Shown here piece by piece: positions 1-12,160 of a stretch of DNA of 64,000 bases. Each line of letters begins with the position of its first letter. The stretch's first letter is position 1. The DNA is from Eledone cirrhosa (Eukaryota), in the NCBI GenBank assembly GCA_964016885.1, contig OZ024759.1, forward strand, positions 5,518,001 to 5,582,000, given 5' to 3'. Below the pieces are notes generated by a model, which did not search any database, was not told the origin of the DNA, and saw only the letters and a program-made list of their open reading frames with translations. The position numbers were made by a program, and so were the translations under genes.

Positions 1-1509
1 TCATGGTATTAGCTGTCAGAAGTAACTCCACGGTTGGTGAGAATTCATTTAAGTTCATGGTATTAGCTGTCAGAAGTAACTCCACTGTTGGTGAGAATTC
101 ATTTAAGTTCATGGTATTAGCTGTCAGAAGGAACTCCAATGTTGGTGAGAATTCATTTAAGTCATGGTACTAGCTGTCAGAAGTAACTCCACTGTTGGTG
201 AGAATTCATTTAAGTTCATGGTATTAGCTGTCAAAAGTAACTCCACTGTTGGTGAGAATTCATTTAAGTTCATGGTACTAGCTGTCAGAAGTAACTCCAA
301 TGTTGGTGAGAATTCATTTAAGTTCATGGTATTAGCTGTCAGAAGGAACTCCACTGTTGGTGAGAATTCATTTAAGTTCATGGTATTAGCTGTCAGAAGT
401 AACTCCACTGTTGGTGAGAATTCATTTAAGTTCATGGTATTAGCTGTCAGAAGTCACTCCAATGTTGGTGAGAATTCATTTAAATTCATGGTATTAGCTG
501 TCAGAAGTCACTCCACTGTTGGTGAGAATTCATTTAAGTTCATGGTACTAGCTGTCAGAAGTAACCCCAATGTTGGTGAGAATTCATTTAAGTTCATGGT
601 ATTAGTTTGTCAGAAGTAACTCCACTGTTGGTGAGAATTCATTTAAGTCATGGTATTAGTTGTCAGAAGTAACTCCAATGTTGGTGAGAATTCATTTAAG
701 TTCATGGTATTAGCTGTCAGAAGGAACTCCACTGTTGGTGAGAATTCATTTAAGTTCATGGTATTAGCTGTCAGAAGTAACTCCACTGTTGGTGAGTATT
801 CATTTAAGTTCATGGTACTAGCTGTCAGAAGTAACTCCAATGTTGGTGAGAATTCATTTAAGTTCATGGTATTAGCTGTCAGAAGTAACTCCACTGTTGG
901 TGAGAATTCATTTAAGTCATGGTATTAGCTGTCAGAAGTAACTCCAATGTTGGTGAGAATTCATTTAAGTTCATGGTATTAGCTGTCAGAAGTAACTCCA
1001 CTGTTGGTGAGAATTCATTTAAATTCATGGTATTAGCTGTCAGAAGTAACCCCAATGTTGGTGAGAATTCATTTAAGTTCATGGTATTAGTTTGTCAGAA
1101 GTAACTCCACTGTTGGTGAGAATTCATTTAAGTCATGGTATTAGTTGTCAGAAGTAACTCCAATGTTGGTGAGAATTCATTTAAGTTCATGGTATTAGCT
1201 GTCAGAAGGAACACCACTGTTGGTGAGAATTCATTTAAGTTCATGGTATTAGCTGTCAGAAGTAACTCCACTGTTGGTGAGAATTCATTTAAGTTCGTGG
1301 TACTAGCTGTCAGAAGTAACTCCAATGTTGGTGAGAATTCATTTAAGTTCATGGTATTAGCTGTCAGAAGTAACTCCACTGTTGGTGAGAATTCATTTAA
1401 GTCATGGTATTAGCTGTCAGAAGTAACTCCATTGTTGGTGAGAATTCATTTAAGTCATGGTACTAGCTGTCAGAAGTAACTCCACTGTTGGTGAGAATTC
1501 ATTTAAGTT

Positions 1510-1990
1510 CATGGTATTAGTTTGTCAGAAGTAACTCCACTGTTGGTGAGAATTCATTTAAGTCATGGTATTAGTTGTCAGAATTAACTCCAATGTTGGT
1601 GAGAATTCATTTAATTCATGGTACTAGCTGTCAGAAGTAACTCCATTGTTGGTGAGAATTCATTTAAGTTCATGGTACTAGCTGTCAGAAGTAACTCCAC
1701 TGTTGGTGAGAATTCATTTAAGTTCATGGTATTAGTTTGTCAGAAGTAACTCCACTGTTGGTGAGAATTCATTTAAGTCATGGTATTAGTTGTCAGAATT
1801 AACTCCAATGTTGGTGAGAATTCATTTAATTCATGGTACTAGCTGTCAGAAGTAACTCCATTGTTGGTGAGAATTCATTTAAGTTCATGGTACTAGCTGT
1901 CAGAAGTAACTCCACTGTTGGTGAGAATTCATTTAAGTTCATGGTATTAGTTTGTCAGAAGTAACTCCACTGTTGGTGAGAATTCATTTA
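1510..1990. repeat. 215-bp four-monomer sub-repeat within HOR A (tandem pair; also paired at ~11740-12220 and ~16900-17390)
   Basis: tagtttgtc recurs at 1518, 1733 and 1948. The intervening order is identical: cagaattaac..ttaattc / ccattgtt / ccactgtt. Confidence 0.85.
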
Positions 1991-4900
1991 AGTCATGGTA
2001 TTAGTTGTCAGAAGTAACTCCAATGTTGGTGAGAATTCATTTAAGTCATGGTACTAGCTGTCAGAAGTAACTCCAATGTTGGTGAGAATTCATTTAAGTT
2101 CATGGTATTAGCTGTCAGAAGGAACTCCACTGTTGGTGAGAATTCATTTAAGTTCATGGTATTAGCTGTCAGAAGTAACTCCACTGTTGGTGAGAATTCA
2201 TTTAAGTTCATGGTACTAGCTGTCAGAAGTAACTCCAATGTTGGTGAGAATTCATTTAAGTTCATGGTATTAGCTGTCAGAAGTAACTCCACTGTTGGTG
2301 AGAATTCATTTAAGTCATGGTATTAGCTGTCAGAAGTAACTCCAATGTTGGTGAGAATTCATTTAAGTTCATGGTATTAGCTGTCAGAAGTAACTCCACT
2401 GTTGGTGAGAATTCATTTAAGTTCATGGTATTAGCTGTCAGAAGTAACTCCACTGTTGGTGAGAATTCATTTAAGTTCATGGTATTAGCTGTCAGAAGTA
2501 ACTCCACTGTTGGTGAGAATTCATTTAAGTCATGGTATTAGCTGTCAGAAGTAACTCCAATGTTGGTGAGAATTCATTTAAGTTCATGGTATTAGTTGTC
2601 AGAAGTCACTCCACTGTTGGTGAAAATTCATTTAAGTTCATGGTACTAGCTGTCAGAAGTAACCCCAATGTTGGTGAGAATTCATTTAAGTTCATGTTAT
2701 TAGCTGTCAGAAGTCACTCCAATGTTGGTGAGAATTCATTTAAATTCATGGTATTAGCTGTCAGAAGTAACTCCACTGTTGGTGAGAATTCATTTAAGTT
2801 CATGGTATTAGCTGTCAGAAGTAACTCCACGGTTGGTGAGAATTCATTTAAGTTCATGGTATTAGCTGTCAGAAGTAACTCCACTGTTGGTGAGAATTCA
2901 TTTAAGTTCATGGTATTAGCTGTCAGAAGGAACTCCAATGTTGGTGAGAATTCATTTAAGTCATGGTACTAGCTGTCAGAAGTAACTCCACTGTTGGTGA
3001 GAATTCATTTAAGTTCATGGTATTAGCTGTCAAAAGTAACTCCACTGTTGGTGAGAATTCATTTAAGTTCATGGTACTAGCTGTCAGAAGTAACTCCAAT
3101 GTTGGTGAGAATTCATTTAAGTTCATGGTATTAGCTGTCAGAAGGAACTCCACTGTTGGTGAGAATTCATTTAAGTTCATGGTATTAGCTGTCAGAAGTA
3201 ACTCCACTGTTGGTGAGAATTCATTTAAGTTCATGGTATTAGCTGTCAGAAGTCACTCCAATGTTGGTGAGAATTCATTTAAATTCATGGTATTAGCTGT
3301 CAGAAGTCACTCCACTGTTGGTGAGAATTCATTTAAGTTCATGGTACTAGCTGTCAGAAGTAACCCCAATGTTGGTGAGAATTCATTTAAGTTCATGGTA
3401 TTAGTTTGTCAGAAGTAACTCCACTGTTGGTGAGAATTCATTTAAGTCATGGTATTAGTTGTCAGAAGTAACTCCAATGTTGGTGAGAATTCATTTAAGT
3501 TCATGGTATTAGCTGTCAGAAGGAACTCCACTGTTGGTGAGAATTCATTTAAGTTCATGGTATTAGCTGTCAGAAGTAACTCCACTGTTGGTGAGTATTC
3601 ATTTAAGTTCATGGTACTAGCTGTCAGAAGTAACTCCAATGTTGGTGAGAATTCATTTAAGTTCATGGTATTAGCTGTCAGAAGTAACTCCACTGTTGGT
3701 GAGAATTCATTTAAGTCATGGTATTAGCTGTCAGAAGTAACTCCAATGTTGGTGAGAATTCATTTAAGTTCATGGTATTAGCTGTCAGAAGTAACTCCAC
3801 TGTTGGTGAGAATTCATTTAAATTCATGGTATTAGCTGTCAGAAGTAACCCCAATGTTGGTGAGAATTCATTTAAGTTCATGGTATTAGTTTGTCAGAAG
3901 TAACTCCACTGTTGGTGAGAATTCATTTAAGTCATGGTATTAGTTGTCAGAAGTAACTCCAATGTTGGTGAGAATTAATTTAAGTCATGGTACTAGCTGT
4001 CAGAAGTAACTCCAATGTTGGTGAGAATTCATTTAAGTTCATGGTATTAGCTGTCAGAAGTAACTCCACTGTTGGTGAGAATTCATTTAAATTCATGGTA
4101 TTAGCTGTCAGAAGTAACTCCAATGTTGGTGAGAATTCATTTAAGTTCATGGTATTAGCTGTCAGAAGTAACTCCACTGTTGGTGAGAATTCATTTAAGT
4201 CATGGTATTAGCTGTCAGAAGTAACTCCATTGTTGGTGAGAATTCATTTAAGTCATGGTACTAGCTGTCAGAAGTAACTCCACTGTTGGTGAGAATTCAT
4301 TTAAGTTCATGGTATTAGTTTGTCAGAAGTAACTCCACTGTTGGTGAGAATTCATTTAAGTCATGGTATTAGTTGTCAGAATTAACTCCAATGTTGGTGA
4401 GAATTCATTTAATTCATGGTACTAGCTGTCAGAAGTAACTCCATTGTTGGTGAGAATTCATTTAAGTTCATGGTACTAGCTGTCAGAAGTAACTCCACTG
4501 TTGGTGAGAATTCATTTAAGTTCATGGTATTAGTTTGTCAGAAGTAACTCCACTGTTGGTGAGAATTCATTTAAGTCATGGTATTAGTTGTCAGAAGTAA
4601 CTCCAATGTTGGTGAGAATTCATTTAAGTCATGGTACTAGCTGTCAGAAGTAACTCCAATGTTGGTGAGAATTCATTTAAGTTCATGGTATTAGCTGTCA
4701 GAAGGAACTCCACTGTTGGTGAGAATTCATTTAAGTTCATGGTATTAGCTGTCAGAAGTAACTCCACTGTTGGTGAGAATTCATTTAAGTTCATGGTACT
4801 AGCTGTCAGAAGTAACTCCAATGTTGGTGAGAATTCATTTAAGTTCATGGTATTAGCTGTCAGAAGTAACTCCACTGTTGGTGAGAATTCATTTAAGTCA

Positions 4901-7099
4901 TGGTATTAGCTGTCAGAAGTAACTCCAATGTTGGTGAGAATTCATTTAAGTTCATGGTATTAGCTGTCAGGAGTAACTCCACTGTTGGTGAGAATTCATT
5001 TAAGTTCATGGTATTAGCTGTCAGAAGTAACTCCACTGTTGGTGAGAATTCATTTAAGTTCATGGTATTAGCTGTCAGAAGTAACTCCACTGTTGGTGAG
5101 AATTCATTTAAGTCATGGTATTAGCTGTCAGAAGTAACTCCAATGTTGGTGAGAATTCATTTAAGTTCATGGTATTAGTTGTCAGAAGTCACTCCACTGT
5201 TGGTGAAAATTCATTTAAGTTCATGGTACTAGCTGTCAGAAGTAACCCCAATGTTGGTGAGAATTCATTTAAGTTCATGTTATTAGCTGTCAGAAGTCAC
5301 TCCAATGTTGGTGAGAATTCATTTAAATTCATGGTATTAGCTGTCAGAAGTAACTCCACTGTTGGTGAGAATTCATTTAAGTTCATGGTATTAGCTGTCA
5401 GAAGTAACTCCACGGTTGGTGAGAATTCATTTAAGTTCATGGTATTAGCTGTCAGAAGTAACTCCACTGTTGGTGAGAATTCATTTAAGTTCATGGTATT
5501 AGCTGTCAGAAGGAACTCCAATGTTGGTGAGAATTCATTTAAGTCATGGTACTAGCTGTCAGAAGTAACTCCACTGTTGGTGAGAATTCATTTAAGTTCA
5601 TGGTATTAGCTGTCAAAAGTAACTCCACTGTTGGTGAGAATTCATTTAAGTTCATGGTACTAGCTGTCAGAAGTAACTCCAATGTTGGTGAGACTTCATT
5701 TAAGTTCATGGTATTAGCTGTCAGAAGGAACTCCACTGTTGGTGAGAATTCATTTAAGTTCATGGTATTAGCTGTCAGAAGTAACTCCACTGTTGGTGAG
5801 AATTCATTTAAGTTCATGGTATTAGCTGTCAGAAGTCACTCCAATGTTGGTGAGAATTCATTTAAATTCATGGTATTAGCTGTCAGAAGTCACTCCACTG
5901 TTGGTGAGAATTCATTTAAGTTCATGGTACTAGCTGTCAGAAGTAACCCCAATGTTGGTGAGAATTCATTTAAGTTCATGGTATTAGTTTGTCAGAAGTA
6001 ACTCCACTGTTGGTGAGAATTCATTTAAGTCATGGTATTAGTTGTCAGAAGTAACTCCAATGTTGGTGAGAATTCATTTAAGTTCATGGTATTAGCTGTC
6101 AGAAGGAACTCCACTGTTGGTGAGAATTCATTTAAGTTCATGGTATTAGCTGTCAGAAGTAACTCCACTGTTGGTGAGTATTCATTTAAGTTCATGGTAC
6201 TAGCTGTCAGAAGTAACTCCAATGTTGGTGAGAATTCATTTAAGTTCATGGTATTAGCTGTCAGAAGTAACTCCACTGTTGGTGAGAATTCATTTAAGTC
6301 ATGGTATTAGCTGTCAGAAGTAACTCCAATGTTGGTGAGAATTCATTTAAGTTCATGGTATTAGCTGTCAGAAGTAACTCCAATGTTGGTGAGAATTCAT
6401 TTAAATTCATGGTATTAGCTGTCAGAAGTAACCCCAATGTTGGTGAGAATTCATTTAAGTCATGGTATTAGCTGTCAGAAGTAACTCCATTGTTGGTGAG
6501 AATTCATTTAAGTCATGGTACTAGCTGTCAGAAGTAACTCCACTGTTGGTGAGAATTCATTTAAGTTCATGGTATTAGTTTGTCAGAAGTAACTCCACTG
6601 TTGGTGAGAATTCATTTAAGTCATGGTATTAGTTGTCAGAATTAACTCCAATGTTGGTGAGAATTCATTTAATTCATGGTACTAGCTGTCAGAAGTAACT
6701 CCATTGTTGGTGAGAATTCATTTAAGTTCATGGTACTAGCTGTCAGAAGTAACTCCACTGTTGGTGAGAATTCATTTAAGTTCATGGTATTAGTTTGTCA
6801 GAAGTAACTCCACTGTTGGTGAGAATTCATTTAAGTCATGGTATTAGTTGTCAGAAGTAACTCCAATGTTGGTGAGAATTCATTTAAGTCATGGTACTAG
6901 CTGTCAGAAGTAACTCCAATGTTGGTGAGAATTCATTTAAGTTCATGGTATTAGCTGTCAGAAGGAACTCCACTGTTGGTGAGAATTCATTTAAGTTCAT
7001 GGTATTAGCTGTCAGAAGTAACTCCACTGTTGGTGAGAATTCATTTAAGTTCATGGTACTAGCTGTCAGAAGTAACTCCAATGTTGGTGAGAATTCATT

Positions 7100-10000
7100 T
7101 AAGTTCATGGTATTAGCTGTCAGAAGTAACTCCACTGTTGGTGAGAATTCATTTAAGTTCATGGTATTAGCTGTCAGAAGTAACTCCACTGTTGGTGAGA
7201 ATTCATTTAAGTCATGGTATTAGCTGTCAGAAGTAACTCCAATGTTGGTGAGAATTCATTTAAGTTCATGGTATTAGTTGTCAGAAGTCACTCCACTGTT
7301 GGTGAAAATTCATTTAAGTTCATGGTACTAGCTGTCAGAAGTAACCCCAATGTTGGTGAGAATTCATTTAAGTTCATGTTATTAGCTGTCAGAAGTCACT
7401 CCAATGTTGGTGAGAATTCATTTAAATTCATGGTATTAGCTGTCAGAAGTAACTCCACTGTTGGTGAGAATTCATTTAAGTTCATGGTATTAGCTGTCAG
7501 AAGTAACTCCACGGTTGGTGAGAATTCATTTAAGTTCATGGTATTAGCTGTCAGAAGTAACTCCACTGTTGGTGAGAATTCATTTAAGTTCATGGTATTA
7601 GCTGTCAGAAGGAACTCCAATGTTGGTGAGAATTCATTTAAGTCATGGTACTAGCTGTCAGAAGTAACTCCACTGTTGGTGAGAATTCATTTAAGTTCAT
7701 GGTATTAGCTGTCAAAAGTAACTCCAGTGTTGGTGAGAATTCATTTAAGTTCATGGTACTAGCTGTCAGAAGTAACTCCAATGTTGGTGAGAATTCATTT
7801 AAGTTCATGGTATTAGCTGTCAGAAGGAACTCCACTGTTGGTGAGAATTCATTTAAGTTCATGGTATTAGCTGTCAGAAGTAACTCCACTGTTGGTGAGA
7901 ATTCATTTAAGTTCATGGTATTAGCTGTCAGAAGTCACTCCAATGTTGGTGAGAATTCATTTAAATTCATGGTATTAGCTGTCAGAAGTCACTCCACTGT
8001 TGGTGAGAATTCATTTAAGTTCATGGTACTAGCTGTCAGAAGTAACCCCAATGTTGGTGAGAATTCATTTAAGTTCATGGTATTAGTTTGTCAGAAGTAA
8101 CTCCACTGTTGGTGAGAATTCATTTAAGTCATGGTATTAGTTGTCAGAAGTAACTCCAATGTTGGTGAGAATTCATTTAAGTTCATGGTATTAGCTGTCA
8201 GAAGGAACTCCACTGTTGGTGAGAATTCATTTAAGTTCATGGTATTAGCTGTCAGAAGTAACTCCACTGTTGGTGAGTATTCATTTAAGTTCATGGTACT
8301 AGCTGTCAGAAGTAACTCCAATGTTGGTGAGAATTCATTTAAGTTCATGGTAAAAGCTGTCAGAAGTAACTCCACTGTTGGTGAGAATTCATTTAAGTCA
8401 TGGTATTAGCTGTCAGAAGTAACTCCAATGTTGGTGAGAATTCATTTAAGTTCATGGTATTAGCTGTCAGAAGTAACTCCACTGTTGGTGAGAATTCATT
8501 TAAATTCATGGTATTAGCTGTCAGAAGTAACCCCAATGTTGGTGAGAATTCATTTAAGTTCATGGTATTAGTTTGTCAGAAGTAACTCCACTGTTGGTGA
8601 TAATTCATTTAAGTCATGGTATTAGTTGTCAGAAGTAACTCCAATGTTGGTGAGAATTAATTTAAGTCATGGTACTAGCTGTCAGAAGTAACTCCAATGT
8701 TGGTGAGAATTCATTTAAGTTCATGGTATTAGCTGTCAGAAGGAACACCACTGTTGGTGAGAATTCATTTAAGTTCATGGTATTAGCTGTCAGAAGTAAC
8801 TCCACTGTTGGTGAGAATTCATTTAAGTTCGTGGTACTAGCTGTCAGAAGTAACTCCAATGTTGGTGAGAATTCATTTAAGTTCATGGTATTAGCTGTCA
8901 GAAGTAACTCCACTGTTGGTGAGAATTCATTTAAGTCATGGTATTAGCTGTCAGAAGTAACTCCATTGTTGGTGAGAATTCATTTAAGTCATGGTACTAG
9001 CTGTCAGAAGTAACTCCACTGTTGGTGAGAATTCATTTAAGTTCATGGTATTAGTTTGTCAGAAGTAACTCCACTGTTGGTGAGAATTCATTTAAGTCAT
9101 GGTATTAGTTGTCAGAATTAACTCCAATGTTGGTGAGAATTCATTTAATTCATGGTACTAGCTGTCAGAAGTAACTCCATTGTTGGTGAGAATTCATTTA
9201 AGTTCATGGTACTAGCTGTCAGAAGTAACTCCACTGTTGGTGAGAATTCATTTAAGTTCATGGTATTAGTTTGTCAGAAGTAACTCCACTGTTGGTGAGA
9301 ATTCATTTAAGTCATGGTATTAGTTGTCAGAATTAACTCCAATGTTGGTGAGAATTCATTTAATTCATGGTACTAGCTGTCAGAAGTAACTCCATTGTTG
9401 GTGAGAATTCATTTAAGTTCATGGTACTAGCTGTCAGAAGTAACTCCACTGTTGGTGAGAATTCATTTAAGTTCATGGTATTAGCTGTCAGAAGGAACTC
9501 CACTGTTGGTGAGAATTCATTTAAGTTCATGGTATTAGCTGTCAGAAGTAACTCCACTGTTGGTGAGAATTCATTTAAGTTCATGGTACTAGCTGTCAGA
9601 AGTAACTCCAATGTTGGTGAGAATTCATTTAAGTTCATGGTATTAGCTGTCAGAAGTAACTCCACTGTTGGTGAGAATTCATTTAAGTCATGGTATTAGC
9701 TGTCAGAAGTAACTCCAATGTTGGTGAGAATTCATTTAAGTTCATGGTATTAGCTGTCAGAAGTAACTCCACTGTTGGTGAGAATTCATTTAAGTTCATG
9801 GTATTAGCTGTCAGAAGTAACTCCACTGTTGGTGAGAATTCATTTAAGTTCATGGTATTAGCTGTCAGAAGTAACTCCACTGTTGGTGAGAATTCATTTA
9901 AGTCATGGTATTAGCTGTCAGAAGTAACTCCAATGTTGGTGAGAATTCATTTAAGTTCATGGTATTAGTTGTCAGAAGTCACTCCACTGTTGGTGAAAAT

Positions 10001-12160
10001 TCATTTAAGTTCATGGTACTAGCTGTCAGAAGTAACCCCAATGTTGGTGAGAATTCATTTAAGTTCATGTTATTAGCTGTCAGAAGTCACTCCAATGTTG
10101 GTGAGAATTCATTTAAATTCATGGTATTAGCTGTCAGAAGTAACTCCACTGTTGGTGAGAATTCATTTAAGTTCATGGTATTAGCTGTCAGAAGTAACTC
10201 CACGGTTGGTGAGAATTCATTTAAGTTCATGGTATTAGCTGTCAGAAGTAACTCCACTGTTGGTGAGAATTCATTTAAGTTCATGGTATTAGCTGTCAGA
10301 AGGAACTCCAATGTTGGTGAGAATTCATTTAAGTCATGGTACTAGCTGTCAGAAGTAACTCCACTGTTGGTGAGAATTCATTTAAGTTCATGGTATTAGC
10401 TGTCAAAAGTAACTCCAGTGTTGGTGAGAATTCATTTAAGTTCATGGTACTAGCTGTCAGAAGTAACTCCAATGTTGGTGAGAATTCATTTAAGTTCATG
10501 GTATTAGCTGTCAGAAGGAACTCCACTGTTGGTGAGAATTCATTTAAGTTCATGGTATTAGCTGTCAGAAGTAACTCCACTGTTGGTGAGAATTCATTTA
10601 AGTTCATGGTATTAGCTGTCAGAAGTCACTCCAATGTTGGTGAGAATTCATTTAAATTCATGGTATTAGCTGTCAGAAGTCACTCCACTGTTGGTGAGAA
10701 TTCATTTAAGTTCATGGTACTAGCTGTCAGAAGTAACCCCAATGTTGGTGAGAATTCATTTAAGTTCATGGTATTAGTTTGTCAGAAGTAACTCCACTGT
10801 TGGTGAGAATTCATTTAAGTCATGGTATTAGTTGTCAGAAGTAACTCCAATGTTGGTGAGAATTCATTTAAGTTCATGGTATTAGCTGTCAGAAGGAACT
10901 CCACTGTTGGTGAGAATTCATTTAAGTTCATGGTATTAGCTGTCAGAAGTAACTCCACTGTTGGTGAGTATTCATTTAAGTTCATGGTACTAGCTGTCAG
11001 AAGTAACTCCAATGTTGGTGAGAATTCATTTAAGTTCATGGTAAAAGCTGTCAGAAGTAACTCCACTGTTGGTGAGAATTCATTTAAGTCATGGTATTAG
11101 CTGTCAGAAGTAACTCCAATGTTGGTGAGAATTCATTTAAGTTCATGGTATTAGCTGTCAGAAGTAACTCCACTGTTGGTGAGAATTCATTTAAATTCAT
11201 GGTATTAGCTGTCAGAAGTAACCCCAATGTTGGTGAGAATTCATTTAAGTTCATGGTATTAGTTTGTCAGAAGTAACTCCACTGTTGGTGATAATTCATT
11301 TAAGTCATGGTATTAGTTGTCAGAAGTAACTCCAATGTTGGTGAGAATTAATTTAAGTCATGGTACTAGCTGTCAGAAGTAACTCCAATGTTGGTGAGAA
11401 TTCATTTAAGTTCATGGTATTAGCTGTCAGAAGGAACACCACTGTTGGTGAGAATTCATTTAAGTTCATGGTATTAGCTGTCAGAAGTAACTCCACTGTT
11501 GGTGAGAATTCATTTAAGTTCGTGGTACTAGCTGTCAGAAGTAACTCCAATGTTGGTGAGAATTCATTTAAGTTCATGGTATTAGCTGTCAGAAGTAACT
11601 CCACTGTTGGTGAGAATTCATTTAAGTCATGGTATTAGCTGTCAGAAGTAACTCCATTGTTGGTGAGAATTCATTTAAGTCATGGTACTAGCTGTCAGAA
11701 GTAACTCCACTGTTGGTGAGAATTCATTTAAGTTCATGGTATTAGTTTGTCAGAAGTAACTCCACTGTTGGTGAGAATTCATTTAAGTCATGGTATTAGT
11801 TGTCAGAATTAACTCCAATGTTGGTGAGAATTCATTTAATTCATGGTACTAGCTGTCAGAAGTAACTCCATTGTTGGTGAGAATTCATTTAAGTTCATGG
11901 TACTAGCTGTCAGAAGTAACTCCACTGTTGGTGAGAATTCATTTAAGTTCATGGTATTAGTTTGTCAGAAGTAACTCCACTGTTGGTGAGAATTCATTTA
12001 AGTCATGGTATTAGTTGTCAGAATTAACTCCAATGTTGGTGAGAATTCATTTAATTCATGGTACTAGCTGTCAGAAGTAACTCCATTGTTGGTGAGAATT
12101 CATTTAAGTTCATGGTACTAGCTGTCAGAAGTAACTCCACTGTTGGTGAGAATTCATTTA
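7100..12160. repeat. Recent duplication of one domain-A HOR, offset 2691 bp (50 monomers)
   Basis: Three private variants each appear twice at this offset: ccaGtgtt (~7728/10418), ggtaAAagc (~8353/11044), ggtgaTaatt (~8601/11292). Confidence 0.88.

Noticed and set aside
1-54. tRNA, 5S rRNA, snRNA, telomeric repeat or CENP-B box in the monomer
   Set aside because: I found no cloverleaf, A/B box, G-rich telomere motif or TTCG...CGGG motif. The hairpins are only 3-5 bp.
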